DNA of 64,000 bases, taken from the NCBI GenBank assembly GCA_963843575.1, contig CAWJKZ010000015.1, positions 251,911 to 315,910 on the forward strand. Reading direction: 5' to 3'. Positions 40,592 through 52,152 of this stretch are shown here, piece after piece (position 1 is the first letter of the stretch; the number at the start of each line of letters is the position of its first letter). Position numbers and translations under genes: made by a program. Under the pieces are notes generated by a model. The model was not told the DNA's origin, did no database searches, and worked only from the letters and a program-made list of their open reading frames with translations. This DNA is from an uncultured Acidobacteriota bacterium. GTDB taxonomy: Bacteria; Acidobacteriota; UBA6911.

Positions 40592-42964
40592 CTAATAGGC
40601 CGAGGTGGGCGCCGGACTGCCAATCCTGGAGTATTCGACGCGGGCCTGCAGCAGGATCGGGAGGTCCGGGTCCGCCGCCTGCAACAGGGCGAACAGACGC
40701 TGATAGGACTCCTTGCTCTTGGCCAGCTCTCCCGAGAGCCGCCTCGCCTTTGAGACCCCCAGTTGCGCCAGGATGTAGATTGGAGAGAACGGATCCTCCC
40801 CGCTCCTGCGCTCGAGCACTTTCCGGAACTCCCCTTCGGCTTTCGAGCCTGCACCCTGCGCAAGGTAAGCCTCGCCGGCGAGGTAAGGCGGCCACAGCGC
40901 TGCCGACAGTTTCCCCCCACCGATCGTGTTGAGGATCGCCAGGGCTTCGGTGGGATCTCCGCTGCGGATCTGGACCATGGCCCGGATCAACGGGACGTGG
41001 ACAGACTGGATCATGGTATGGTCCGGATACGACTTGGCAAGCTGTTCGGCCAGGGCCCGGGCCCTCGCCGCCTCGCCGCACAGGGCCTCGGCCTGGGCAT
41101 TTCTCACCATGACCAGCCAGCTCCGGGTGTCGTGGATCGCCCCGAGGTACTCGCGCGCCTTTGGGCAATTGCCGAACAGGGCCTCGGTGCGTGCGGCGTC
41201 GGCGACGAGCGCGGCGGCCATTTCAGGCATATTCCGGTTTTGCGCAACCTCGATCGCGCGCTGCTGGAAGGCGCGCGCCTCGCGCAGATGGCCGCGCGAG
41301 GCGGCGGCGGCCGCCTGCAGGGCAAGCATCGAGTATTCATCGGGTTGGCCGGCAGCCTTTTCAGCCTGCGCCGTCATGCCGGCACGGTCGCCTTCGAGGA
41401 ACGCGACCGTGTAGGCGAGGGCGCGCAGATCGCGGTTGTCCAGGCCCTGCGCGCGCGCCTGCGCGATGGTCTCTTTCGCCTCCGGCAGCCGGTTCAGCCG
41501 CAGATAGACGCAGGCCAGCTGCGGATAGGCGTTTGAGTGCCGGCTGATTCGGATCGCCGCGCGGAAGCAATCCACGGCCTTCTCCAGCTGGCCGGCATCC
41601 GCGTAGCGTCCCCCGAGCGTGTTGTGCACCGGTGCGTTGCGGGGGTAGATCGCCCGCATCAGCTCCAGCACCTCGATGGCCTTGTTGGCGTCTCCGGTGG
41701 CGAACGTGTGGTAGATCGCCTCGATCGACAACCGCTCGTATTCGCTGACCCGGTCCCGCAGGGAATAGGCTCTGCTCGCGCTTTGCGCGGCGAGGTCGGG
41801 CCTTCCCGTGTAGCTGTAACACCAGGCGATGTCGTCGTAGGCGCTGGCAAAGTTCGGGTCGGACTCCAGCGCGTGCTCGTAGTAGGGGAGCGCTTCCGCC
41901 ATGTGCCCGGACAACAGCTGCCTTCTCCCAAGCGAATAGGCCTTGAACGCTTCAAGGGACGCCGTGGTGGCCTGCTCGAGCGGGACGTCGAACTTCTCGA
42001 TCGAAGCGACGGATTCCCCCAGCCCCTTCCGGATATTGGTCGCAACCCTGCCGAGAGTCCGCAGCACTTCTTCCTTGGTGACCGCTTCGAACTGTTCCCG
42101 GACGATCACATCCCCGGTTTGCGCGTTGAGCGCTTCGAGTGAGATCACGTACTCCCGCCCGAGCTTCGAGATCGAACCGGCCAGCAGGGCCTTGATGCCG
42201 CGGCGCAGGCAGATTTCGCGTCCCGCTTCCCGCGTCATTGGTTCGTTCGGGGAACGTCCCATATACGCGAGAGTCTCGCGGGCACGCTCGTCCGAGTAAA
42301 TGTTCAGGAACGGTGTCTGCGCGAGGTGCACCGCCAGGGCCTGCTTCAGCGTGTCGTCGAAGACAGGGTCCCCGGTCGTGTTGACGAAGTCGGCCAGGAG
42401 AATGGCATCGGCCTCGGTAAGAGCCGGCCGCCGCCACTGCAGGTAGAACACGAGCAGCGCGATTGCGGCGAGCGTAGCCGCCCCGGTGGTCAGATACGTC
42501 CGCCGGTTGCTGGCGCGGGGGCTGACGGCCGGCGGCTCGGGCCTCTCTTCGGCAGGGCCAACCTGCACGACCGGCGCAATGAGCCGGTAGCCGCGCCGGG
42601 GGATGGTCTGAATGAACTGCGGCTGCCTGGCCTGGTCCCCGAAGGACTTGCGCAGCTCGGAAACCGAGTACGTCAACACGTCTTCCGTGACGAACGTCCC
42701 CGGCCAGACCGCGCGCAGGATCTCCTGCCGTGGCATCACGCGCCCCGGGTTCCCGGCGAGAAAGACGAGCACCTCCATGACCTTCGGTTCTATCTGGATC
42801 TTCTTGTCGCGGCAGGAAATAAGGTTAAGGTCGCGCTCGACCAGCCACTCTCCGATTCGAAAGGCGTCGCCCACTGGTTTGCTCCTCGGAAATTCGACCT
42901 CTCGCGATAGGGGGGCATGATGGGTCGAGAAAAGTTCACGAAGGCACAAGGGGGACAGGACCAT
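40592..42964 (-). CDS. Membrane-anchored winged-helix (OmpR/CadC-type) regulator with extracytoplasmic TPR domain
   Basis: IEPKVMEVLVFLA...VWPGTFVTEDVLTYSVSELRKSFGD...IQTIPRRGYRL; one TM; ILLADFVNTTGDPVFDDTL; TTASLEAFKAY; TPRs. Exact start uncertain. Confidence 0.9.
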   Translation of the reverse strand: MVLSPLCLRELFSTHHAPLSREVEFPRSKPVGDAFRIGEWLVERDLNLISCRDKKIQIEPKVMEVLVFLAGNPGRVMPRQEILRAVWPGTFVTEDVLTYSVSELRKSFGDQARQPQFIQTIPRRGYRLIAPVVQVGPAEERPEPPAVSPRASNRRTYLTTGAATLAAIALLVFYLQWRRPALTEADAILLADFVNTTGDPVFDDTLKQALAVHLAQTPFLNIYSDERARETLAYMGRSPNEPMTREAGREICLRRGIKALLAGSISKLGREYVISLEALNAQTGDVIVREQFEAVTKEEVLRTLGRVATNIRKGLGESVASIEKFDVPLEQATTASLEAFKAYSLGRRQLLSGHMAEALPYYEHALESDPNFASAYDDIAWCYSYTGRPDLAAQSASRAYSLRDRVSEYERLSIEAIYHTFATGDANKAIEVLELMRAIYPRNAPVHNTLGGRYADAGQLEKAVDCFRAAIRISRHSNAYPQLACVYLRLNRLPEAKETIAQARAQGLDNRDLRALAYTVAFLEGDRAGMTAQAEKAAGQPDEYSMLALQAAAAASRGHLREARAFQQRAIEVAQNRNMPEMAAALVADAARTEALFGNCPKAREYLGAIHDTRSWLVMVRNAQAEALCGEAARARALAEQLAKSYPDHTMIQSVHVPLIRAMVQIRSGDPTEALAILNTIGGGKLSAALWPPYLAGEAYLAQGAGSKAEGEFRKVLERRSGEDPFSPIYILAQLGVSKARRLSGELAKSKESYQRLFALLQAADPDLPILLQARVEYSRIGSPAPTSAY

Positions 42965-43130
42965 CCCTCCCCGGTACCTAGTTAAGACGACGGTGGCGGG
43001 GGATTGGTTTGCTAATTCTGAAGCGTGGAGCCGAAAAACTCATCTCTCCCCCTCCCACGGGAGCGGGCGTGGGAGGTGTAACTGAGCTAATGTGATTATT
43101 AGCTCAACTTACCGGACACGGCCCGGTTAC

Positions 43131-43165
43131 CCTCGGCAAATCCTCGGCGAAACCTCAATCAATCC
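43131..43165. promoter_or_regulatory. Three direct repeats at 11-bp period (candidate wHTH binding sites)
   Basis: CCTCGGCAAAT-CCTCGGCGAAA-CCTCAATCAAT in the divergent intergenic region. Confidence 0.45.
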
Positions 43166-43274
43166 GGGTCGAGCGCTCGGCACCTTTTCCCTCCCCGAAA
43201 CGTATTACCAGATAGCAGTCAGCCCCCCCACCCCCCCGCCATTCGGGTGAAGCGCGCCATGCAGGAGGTTGGAA

Positions 43275-44067
43275 ATGGCAATGCGAGGTTTGCTGCTTTG
43301 CTTCGTCTGCTGTGTGTTGCGGCCGGCGGTTGCAGCCGGCGCCGCTCGGCGGACAGTTCACTGAACGGGATGCCCCCAGCCGCTGCCTGAGGGGAACGGT
43401 GGTTTCTTCGACGTCGCAAAATGTCGACGCGACGGTCACGCTGAACGGCTTCGACTACTCCTCGACCTACCGGACCTCCCCCTCCGGTCTATTTGCCTTC
43501 TGCGGCGTCAGCCGCGGCAGCTACACGCTCGAGGTTTTCGCTCCCGGGTATGACTCGATCCGCGTCCAGGTCGGGTTGGATGCCGATCCGCCGGAGAACC
43601 TCACCGTCGTGGTGCGGCCGCTCTTTGTGCAGGCCATGCGCCACGCCGCGGATTCCGGCAACAGCATCTCGGTCAAATCTTTGAAAGTTCCCAGGCAGGC
43701 TCGCAACGAATTGAACCAGTTTTTCCGTGATGTCGGGAAGAAGGATTGGGAAAAGTCGCTGGCGTCGCTCCGGAGGGCGGTAGACATCTACCCCGATTAT
43801 GTGGACGCCTGGACGAACATGGGGGTGGTCTATGCGCAGCTGAACGACTTCGCTAGGGCCGAAGGTGCCTTCAAGCGGGCGCTCGAGATCGAGCCGAACG
43901 ACCCGGTGATCCGCAGAAAACTGGGGTACCTGTATCTGGCGAACGAGCGGTGGGACAAGGCGCTCGCAGAATTGGAGATATCCAAGTCCCTGAATCCTTC
44001 CGACGCCCAGACCGAGGCGTACCTGAAGCGTGCCCGCGAGAGGATGGGAAACCCGCAGCCGAATTGA
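43275..44067 (+). CDS. Secreted carboxypeptidase-regulatory-like + TPR protein (frameshift in the signal region)
   Basis: GGAGG RBS, MAMRGLLLCF; GSYTLEVFAPGY; ISVKSLKVPRQA; TPRs (YPDYVDAWTNMGVVY). Confidence 0.8.
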
Positions 44068-44120
44068 GCGGCCGCCAGGCGTGACGGCTCGATAGAGCAC
44101 GCCGCGCTTCGCCGAAACTC

Positions 44121-44207
44121 AAGTGGGTCCGGGCTTCAGCCCGGACGCAGTTTGCGGTCGCTATCGAGTCGATCAAAAGACGTCCGGGCTGAAGCCCGGA
44201 CCCACTT
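44121..44207. repeat. REPIN (inverted REP doublet)
   Basis: AAGTGGGTCCGGGCTTCAGCCCGGAC at 44121-44146 and its reverse complement at 44182-44207. Confidence 0.9.
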
Positions 44208-44233
44208 GGGGTTTGTGTTTGTGTCGGGCAGAG

Positions 44234-44265
44234 AAAAAAAGGGCGCAGGCATTTGCCTGCGCCCT
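44234..44265 (-). terminator. Intrinsic terminator after TonB-dependent receptor 1
   Basis: Minus strand AGGGCGCAGGCA-AA-TGCCTGCGCCCT followed by a T-run. Confidence 0.85.
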
Positions 44266-44285
44266 GGCTGATGGGTTGAACGAGA

Positions 44286-47200
44286 CTAGAAGGTCATGCG
44301 CAACCCGAACCGGAAAGATCTCGGGTCGTTTGCGTCGCTGGTGAGCTTCCCGAAGTTCGAGCTGTTGACATTGCCGTTCGGGTTGCCGAAGTGCGGCGTG
44401 TTGGTGATGTTGAAGGACTCCGCCCGGAATTCCATCCCGAGCTTCTCCGTGAGGGCGAACTTGCGGAACAGGCTGAAGTCCATGTTCACGCGGGCCGGCC
44501 CGCGCATGGTGTTCCGGCCCACGTTGCCGAACCGGACTCCGTGACCCGCGCGAAGGCGCTGGTGTCGAAGTACGGGGTATCGCCGAGACCACCCAGAATT
44601 GCGATTTCGGGCTTGATCTGGTCCGGCGTCTGCGCGTTGCCCGGCATGTTCAACGAGGAGCCGGAAGCGCTCATCGTAAACTGCCGTCCCTGGTAGGCGC
44701 TGAAGATGCCGTTGATCTGCCAGCCGCCCAGGACCGCCTTGGCGGCACCGCTCTGCGCCCACTTCTTGCCGGTGCCCATGGGGAGTTCGTACACATAGGC
44801 CATCTGCAACATGTGGGGGATGTTGAACGCCGCAGAGGCGCGGTTGCGAGACATTGCGCTCCACGCGCCCCAGATAGGTTCCGTCCAATCACTATACTCG
44901 GCCTCGCTGATGGCGTGCGAGTAAGTGTAGGCACCCTTGAGGAACAGGCCGCTCACAAAGCGCCGGTTGAGAGTGGCTTGCATTGAGTGGTAGACACTGC
45001 CATATCGGCCATCCCACAACATGGTATCTCCGGTGCGGCCGAACTTGGCGTAGAGTGGTCGCCCATCATCGCCGGCGCCCGGGATTTGCCCGGCGTTGAT
45101 TTGCTGAAACCCAAAGCCATTTACGGAGTGCGACCCTACATAGCCAAGGGACGTTACCATCTCGCCCGGCAGTTTATGCTCGACGATGAGGTTAAACGAT
45201 TGGATGTAACCACGCTTCAACTCTTTATTGGCCTCGGGGTAACCCATGATCGCCGCCAGCGGCAGCTGCTGTCTGCCCTTGCTGCTGTCGGGGCAGCAGA
45301 TCGACAGAATACCGACATTGGGGCCCAGCGGTGCGTTCGGAATGCCCGCCGCCACGTAATTGGGGTCCGTGGTGATGGTTTGGTAGCCGTTGATCGCCGA
45401 ATAGGTCCCGACAATCGTCAGTGGGTAGAAACCACGCAAGGCCTGGGCACCCCAGGGATGCGAGTGGTACGTGATGCCGTAACCGCCTCGTATGACCGTG
45501 TTGCTGGCCGCTTGATAGGCGAACCCGAAACGGGGGGCAAAGAGCTTCTTGCTGTAGCCCACGCCGTTGTCCTGCGGCACACCCGGCCAGCCGCCGACCA
45601 GGACATCGTTGGTCGTCGGATCATACGATTCGATGCCCATGCCCTGCGAACGCCTTCGATTGGGGTAAAGCTCCCAGCGCAACCCCAGGGTGAGGGTCAG
45701 CTTGGGAGTAACGCGCCAGCGGTCGCGGACGTAGAGAGCCCAAGTGTTCTCATGGCTGTCCATTTTGATGTACTGGCTGCTCTTCCCGGTGTAATCCGAT
45801 GCACCAAGCAGAAACGACGCCACGCTGTTCCAGTCGTTCTCGAACGACGGGGTGCCGTCCTGGAACCCGACCGCGGCATCGAGAGCATCGGGGTTCAGAG
45901 CCGTAGTGCCCGGAGCGAAATCAAACGCACCGCGCGGACCTTCCCCCAGCTCCGGCTGCCAGTGGTTCATCAGGTGGTGCATCAAGTCGAGGCCAAACCG
46001 GATGTCGTGATTGCCCTTGATCTTGTTCAGGTTGAGGTTGAAGGTGTACGACTGGTCGTTGCGTTGAAGCGGGTTCCAGCCTTCCGCATTGCCCAGGTTT
46101 GTATAACCCGAGAAGTAAAAGGCCGGCATGCCGCTTTCACGCTTGTCGGGGCCGTTGGTCCCGGGAATCCCCAAGACCTCCGAGCCGAAGTTGGTGCCGA
46201 GGTCGGGGGAGTCCACCTGCTGGCCAAATCGCGTCCAGCCGAGCGTTGCGTCAACCAGGAAGGTGGGCGAGACGGTATACGTCGTCCCGATGGTCGCTAT
46301 CTGCACCTGGGTTAGACCCTCACCGAGGCCGCCGCCAGTGCACGAGCCGGGCCCGCCGGCCTGGCCCAGGCTGAAACCACAGGTAACCTTCGCCTTCATG
46401 ATGCTGTACTTGACCCAGACCTGGTTTTTCTCAGTCCGGTTCCAGTTGACCTTGACGTCGAAGTTGTTGCGGTTCATGCGCTGGCCGCCGGAGGTGTAAT
46501 AGTTGTTCGTATCCCCGGGAAGGCTCGGATTGGGCACCAGTGACAACAGCTTCATCATGGGTGCGTTAAAGCGAGACGTGGGGATGACGTTGACCTTTCC
46601 TCCGCTGGAGAAGACGCTGCGGCCCGTGCCGTCCAGGTTGCCGGAAAAGGGGTCAAAGACCATCCCTTCCCGCAGTGCTGTCGAGCCGCCTTCGGTGGTG
46701 GGGATCATGATGGGGTTGCCGTTGGCATCGAGGATCCCGGACCCCAACATCCGGCTGAAATCGCCGGTTCGGTAGTCGGTAGGGAAGACGGAGGCGACGG
46801 CGCCATAGCCCACCCGTTCGAAGGTGCCTTCCCAGTCGGCGAAGAAGAACAGCTTGTTCTTCACGATGGGTCCGCCGATGCTGCCCCCGTCGATGTTTCG
46901 GATGCTGTTGGGCTTCTTCTGCTGCGTTGCGATTCTCCTGCCACCGGTTGGCACGCAAGGCGCTGTTGTCGTGCATGCCGAAAAGGGTGCCGTGGAATTC
47001 GTTGGTTCCGGATTTCGTCACCACGGTGACCGCGGCGCCGCCCGTAATGCCCTGCTCGGCATCGAAGTTGTTGGTGGAGATGTTGACCGTCTCGACGCTT
47101 TCCACGGGCGGGACGTACACCGCGTGGTGAGGCATCGTGACCAGGATATCGGCCGCACCGTCCAGGCGGGTGTTGTTGGCACCGCGGTCCTGGCCGTTGA

Positions 47201-47772
47201 CGTTCGTGGTCAAGGAACGCCCGGGTGTGTCGGTGACGGCGTTCTGAAGGTCGGCCGGCGTGGCGCCGGGAACCAGGTTGATGAGGCTCTGGTAGTTGCG
47301 GTAGCCGCCGAGCGGCAGGTTCTCAATCGATTTCGATTCCAGATTCACCGCAACGTCGGCCTTCGACGTCTGGAGGACTGCCGCGCTGGCCTCTACCGTG
47401 ACGGTGTCGGTGACTTGCCCTACTTGCAGGTTCACAGGGACGCGCGTGACCGTGTTGATGGAGACGACTATTCCCTTCTCCACGTAATTGCGAAACCCGG
47501 TCATCGAGACGCTAAGGTCGTACGTGCCTTCGAGCACGTTCGAGAATGGAGTAGTTTCCGGCGACGTCGCTGGTGCCTTCTCGAGCCTGTCCGGTCTCGG
47601 CGTTGGTGATCGTGACCGTGGCCCCGGGCACCACTGCCCCGGTCTGGTCCTGAATGGTTCCCACAACAGATCCGTAAAGAACCTGGGCATTCAAACGAGG
47701 AACGAACATGGGCGCGAGACACAACGCGCCCACGAGGAACGCCAGCAGCACTGATCTGGCTCTTTGAAACAT
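44286..47772 (-). CDS. TonB-dependent receptor (Oar-like, carboxypeptidase-regulatory N-domain); frameshifted
   Basis: GGAGG RBS; signal + QVLYGSVVGTIQDQTGAVVPGATVTITN; plug IENLPLGGYRNY...VTKSGTNEFHG; GGPIVKNKLFFF; DRWRVTPKLTLTLGLRWE; C-terminal RFGLRMTF. Frameshifts near 47545, 46925 and 44535. Confidence 0.9.
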
Positions 47773-47921
47773 GCGCACACCTCCGAAGAGTCACAGGAAC
47801 TCGTTTGCGTACTTGCTGTGGTGAGATGCCCCGACGACAGAAAGTCCATGAGGTCCACCCTCATCCACAACTCACGAACAAATCCCGCGCCAGATGCCAG
47901 GGAAGGCAAATGATGACCGCC

Positions 47922-47950
47922 ATAATAGTTCGGTTGCGCCCGCGATTCAA
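47922..47950 (-). promoter_or_regulatory. sigma70 promoter for TonB-dependent receptor 1
   Basis: Minus strand TTGAAT-N17-TATTAT, with an AT-rich tract upstream. Confidence 0.55.
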
Positions 47951-48059
47951 GGGGAAGAAGACCTAAGATTAGTAATTATTAATGAAAAAGCCAGATGCCA
48001 ACGGAGCCGTCCCGGCTTCCTGCTTTCGGCTTCTGTCCTGCGGAAGGGACCACGGCGGC

Positions 48060-48096
48060 AAAAAAATCGGGCGCAGGCAGCGCTGCCTGCGCCCGG
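48060..48096 (-). terminator. Intrinsic terminator after TonB-dependent receptor 2
   Basis: Minus strand CGGGCGCAGGCAG-CG-CTGCCTGCGCCCG then A and a T-run; homologous to the terminator at 44234. Confidence 0.85.
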
Positions 48097-48116
48097 TCGA
48101 AGGGACAAAAAGAGGA

Positions 48117-50620
48117 TCAGAAAGCCAGGCGCAGCCCGAAGCGGAACGACCTCGGGTCGTTGGCCACGCCCGTGATCTTCCCGAAGTTCGAGCTGGTGAT
48201 GCCGGCCGTCGGGTTGCTGAAGTGCGGCGTGTTGCTGATGTTGAATCCCTCGGCGCGGAATTCAGCCTTCAGCCTCTCCGTCACCTTGAAGCTGCGGAAC
48301 AGGCTGAAGTCCATGTTCACGGTGCCGGGCCCGCGCATGCTGTACAGGCCCACGGTGCCGAACCGCACCTCCGAGATGTTGGCGAAGGCGGTGGTGTCGA
48401 AGAACGGCAGGTCGCCGACGTTGCCCAGCTTGGCAATGTCGGGCTTGACCTGGTCCGGCGTCTGGCTGTTGCCGCCCGGCATGTTCAACGACGTGCCGGA
48501 CGCGCTGAGCGTGTACTGGCCGCCCATGTACGAGCTGAAGATGCCGTTGACCTGCCACCCGCCGAGGATCGCCTTGGCGGCGCCGTTCTGCGCCAGCGGT
48601 TTGCCCGCGCCGAACGGGAGTTCATAGACGTAGGCAAGCTGTAGCGTCTGGGGCCTGTTGAAGGCCGTGTTGGCACGGTTGCGGTAGAGCTGGCTCAGCG
48701 CGTTGAACGAGAAGGTCGTCCAATCGCCGTAGTTCGCCTCGCCGATCGCGTGCGACCACGTGTAGGCGCCTTTCAGGAACAAGCCGCCGGAGAAACGCCG
48801 GTTGACGGTGGCCTGCAGCGAGTGGTAGTCGCTGTGGGTGCGTCCATCCCACAGCCGGGTGTTCGCGGTACGGCCGAACTTGATGTAGAACGGCCGCCCG
48901 TTGTTGCCCGAGCCGGGGATCTGCGATGCGTTCAGCTGGATGAACGAGAAGCCGTTGATGGACTGGCTCCCCACGTAGCCGATCGACGTCACCATCTGGC
49001 CGGGGAGCTTCTTCTCGACCGTGAGGTTCCACGATTCGATGTAGCCGCGTTTCAGCTGCTTGTTGGCCTGGGGATAGCCCATTTCGGCCGACAGCGGCAG
49101 CGGAATCCGGCCCTTGCTGATGTCCGGGCAGCAGATCGACGGGATACCGACGTTGCCGCCGAGCGGTGCGTTCGGCACCCCCGCCTTCACGTAGTTGGGA
49201 TCGCTTGTCACAGGCTGATAGCCGTTGACACCCGAGAAGTCCGCTACGATCGTGAGAGGATAGAAGCCGCGCAGCGCCTGGGCGCCCCACGGATGGGAGT
49301 GGAACGTGATGCCGTAGCCGCCCCGGACCACCATGTCGCTCGTCACCTGGTAGGCGAAACCGAAGCGGGGAGCGAAGAGCTTCTTGCTGTAGCCCACGCC
49401 CATGTCTCGGGGTAAGCCGCCCTTCCCGCCGATCAGGACTTCGTTGGTCTCGGGATCATAGGATTCGATGCCCATGCCCTGGGCCCGGGTCCGCGTGGGG
49501 TAGAGCTCCCAGCGCAGTCCGAGGTTCAGGGTCAGCTTGGGAGTGACGCGCCAGCGGTCGCGGATGTAGAGGCCCCAGGTGTTCTCGAAGCTGGTCATCT
49601 TGATGAACTGGGGGCTCTTCCCGGAGGAAGAGGGCGCGCCGAGCATGAAGGCCGCCATGCTGTTCCAGCTGTTTTCGAACGACGGGGTGCCTCCCGTGAA
49701 TCCGACAGAGTCACGGATGGCGCTGGGATTCAGGGCCGTGATGCCGTTGCCGAAGCCGAAGCATCCGCGCGGGCCGCAGCCCAGTTCCGGCTGCCAGTGG
49801 TTCATCAGGTGGTGCATCAGATCAAGACCGAAGCGGATGTCGTGATTGCCCTTGATCTTGTTCGCGTTGACGTTCAACAGGTAGGATTGGTCGTTGCGCG
49901 CTACCGGGTTCCAGCCTTCCGAGTTGCCGATGGTCGACATGTCGGAGATGGTGAAATACGGGATTCCGCCCTCCAGATGGTCGGCGCCGTTGGTCCCCGG
50001 GATCCCCATCACGTCCAGGCCAAAGTTCTTGTCGAGGTTGCCTGGGTCCACGGTCTGGCCGAACCGCGTCCACCCGAACGTCCCGTCGATCAGGAAGGTT
50101 GGCGAAACCGTGTAGGTCTGCCCGATGGTCGCCAGCTGAACCTGGGTGTCTCCGGCCCCGACGCCGCCGCCGGTGCAAAGCCCGCTGCCGCCGGCCTCTC
50201 CCAGCCCGGGCTTGCAGGTAACCAGCGCCCTCATGATGCTGTACTTGACCCAGAGCTGGTGCTTCTCGGTCCGGTTCCAGTTGATCTTGAGGTCCATGTT
50301 GTTGCGGTTCACGCGCTGCATGCCGGAGTTGAAGTAGTTGGTGTTATCCCCGGACAGGTTGGGCATCGGAACGAGCGCCAGCAGTTTTGCCGTGGCTGCG
50401 TTCAGCCGAGAGGCGGGGATGACGTTGAGCTTGCCGCCGCTCGAGAAGACGCTTCGGCCGGTGCCGTTCAGGTTGCCGGAGTAAGGGTCGAAGACCATCC
50501 CGCGCTGGAGCGGTACGGACCCACCCTCGGTGGTGGGGATCATGATCTGGTTGCCCTTGGCATCCAGGACCTGCGCTCCGAGTTTCCGGCTGAAATCGCC
50601 GAGGCGATAGTCGGCGGGCG
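48117..50620 (-). pseudogene. 5'-truncated TonB-dependent receptor paralog (barrel only)
   Basis: Aligns to receptor 1 from PADYRLGDFSR (vs PTDYRTGDFSR) to RFGLRLAF. No signal peptide, N-domain or plug, and only ~40 bp separate it from the upstream TPR gene stop. Confidence 0.75.
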
Positions 50621-50661
50621 AGTTTTTGCCTGTGTGGGCCGCTGAAATACAACTGCCCGGT

Positions 50662-52080
50662 TCAGCGAGGATTGGCCGGGTCCAGGGCGCGGAGGTCCCG
50701 GTCGATGCTGCGGAGCAATTCGGTCTGACCCCGGGCGGCTGCCATTTCCCGCGCCCGGCGGCCATAGTCCAACGCCTCATCCCGGCGTCCGGCCCGGGCG
50801 CAGGTCGCCGCCAGGGCGTAAAGGTAGGTGGCGGTGTTCTCCTCTTCGGGGCTCAGTGCCAGGAGGAACTGGCCTATCGCCTCGTCGTACTTCTTCTGGT
50901 TGGCCAGGATCCTTCCCATGTTGAAATGAGCCAGGGGGAAGACCGGCTGCCGTTCGACCGCCTTGCGGTAAAACTCCAGCGCTTCCTCCAACTGCCCCTG
51001 CTGTTCCCGTATGACTCCGAGGTTGTGGAGCGCCTGCGAGTGAAAGGGATTGATCTCCACCGCCTTTTTCAATAACCCTTCCGCCTCGGCGTACTCGCGC
51101 TGGTTGAAAAGCAGCACGGCATAGTTGTAGTAGCTGTCGGCGCTGTTCGGATTGAGGCGAACGGCGGCGCGAAAGTGTTCCTCTGCCTTTCGCGGTTGGT
51201 TTGTCCTGCCGTAAAGGATGATCAGGTTCGCGTGGGCCAGCACGTATTCCGGGTCGAGCTCGAGCGCCTTCTCGTGCTCCGCGATGGCGTCCTCGACCCG
51301 CCCGGCATCCTGCAAGGCGATCCCGCGTTGCAGGAGAGACGCGGCCCCGCGGTCGAGCGCGCGCATCTCGTCGCGCAGCGGGTCCGGAACGGGCGGCACG
51401 AGGGTCTTGTTGGCCGTGTGCAGCTTGAGGTGCTCTTCGGACCTCGGGGCGTCGCCCAGCTTCCGGTAGGCCATGGCAAGCCCGTAGTGGGCGGCGCCGT
51501 AGGCCGGGAACAGGTCGCAGGCCTTCCGGTATGATTCGACGGCGGCCGCCACCTCTCCGGCGGCGGCGCGGATCCGGCCGATCCCGTAGTAGGCCTCGGC
51601 CGCGTCAGGATGCTCCCTGACGATCGCTTCGTAGAGTACGCCCGCCGCCTCCCAGTCCCCGGTCCCAAGGAGATTCTCGGCAAGTTTCAACCGGGCCGGC
51701 AAATATTCCGCGTTCAGGCGCAGCGCGGCGCGCAGCGTGGCCGTCGCCTCCGCACGCTTCCCCTGGGCGCTCTGCAGCGATCCGAGGTAGTAAGGCCAGC
51801 GGAATGCCGCGGGGTCGAGCCGGCAAGCACGCTGATAACAGATTGCGGCCGAGTCACGCTGTTTGTAGATGTCCAACACCATGCCGAGCTTGCCGCTGGC
51901 AGCTGCGTCGCGGGCGTTGCCGCGGGCTGCGTCGTAGGCCTCCTTGACTTGTTCCCTGGCCGCTTCGGGGAAATCCGCGATGTCCACCCGGGGCAATTCG
52001 GGGAGCGGGGGCGTCTGACCCCGGAGTGGGGTGACCCCAGGAAGAAAAAGCAGGAGCGCGACCAGGAGTTTGCACCGCAT
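50662..52080 (-). CDS. Secreted TPR-repeat protein
   Basis: Signal [12 protein letters not shown]; many TPRs ([31 protein letters not shown]). Confidence 0.9.
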   Translation of the reverse strand: MRCKLLVALLLFLPGVTPLRGQTPPLPELPRVDIADFPEAAREQVKEAYDAARGNARDAAASGKLGMVLDIYKQRDSAAICYQRACRLDPAAFRWPYYLGSLQSAQGKRAEATATLRAALRLNAEYLPARLKLAENLLGTGDWEAAGVLYEAIVREHPDAAEAYYGIGRIRAAAGEVAAAVESYRKACDLFPAYGAAHYGLAMAYRKLGDAPRSEEHLKLHTANKTLVPPVPDPLRDEMRALDRGAASLLQRGIALQDAGRVEDAIAEHEKALELDPEYVLAHANLIILYGRTNQPRKAEEHFRAAVRLNPNSADSYYNYAVLLFNQREYAEAEGLLKKAVEINPFHSQALHNLGVIREQQGQLEEALEFYRKAVERQPVFPLAHFNMGRILANQKKYDEAIGQFLLALSPEEENTATYLYALAATCARAGRRDEALDYGRRAREMAAARGQTELLRSIDRDLRALDPANPR

Positions 52081-52152
52081 GGACAAATTGTAGGACCAGG
52101 ATCGCACCTGAAATCAAGTTCAGATTACCCGTCGGCCTTGCGGAAGAAGAAA

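Noticed and set aside
26085-47772. Mass pseudogenisation or programmed frameshifting (esterase, ATP-grasp, ferredoxin, nitrilase, cysA, porin, TonB receptor)
   Set aside because: Scattered single-base indels in unrelated genes with otherwise intact motifs and no consistent slippery site are best explained by long-read consensus error.
50621-50780. N-terminus of the 887-aa ORF as a genuine receptor start
   Set aside because: It overlaps the TPR gene out of frame, has no signal peptide, and shows no homology to receptor 1.
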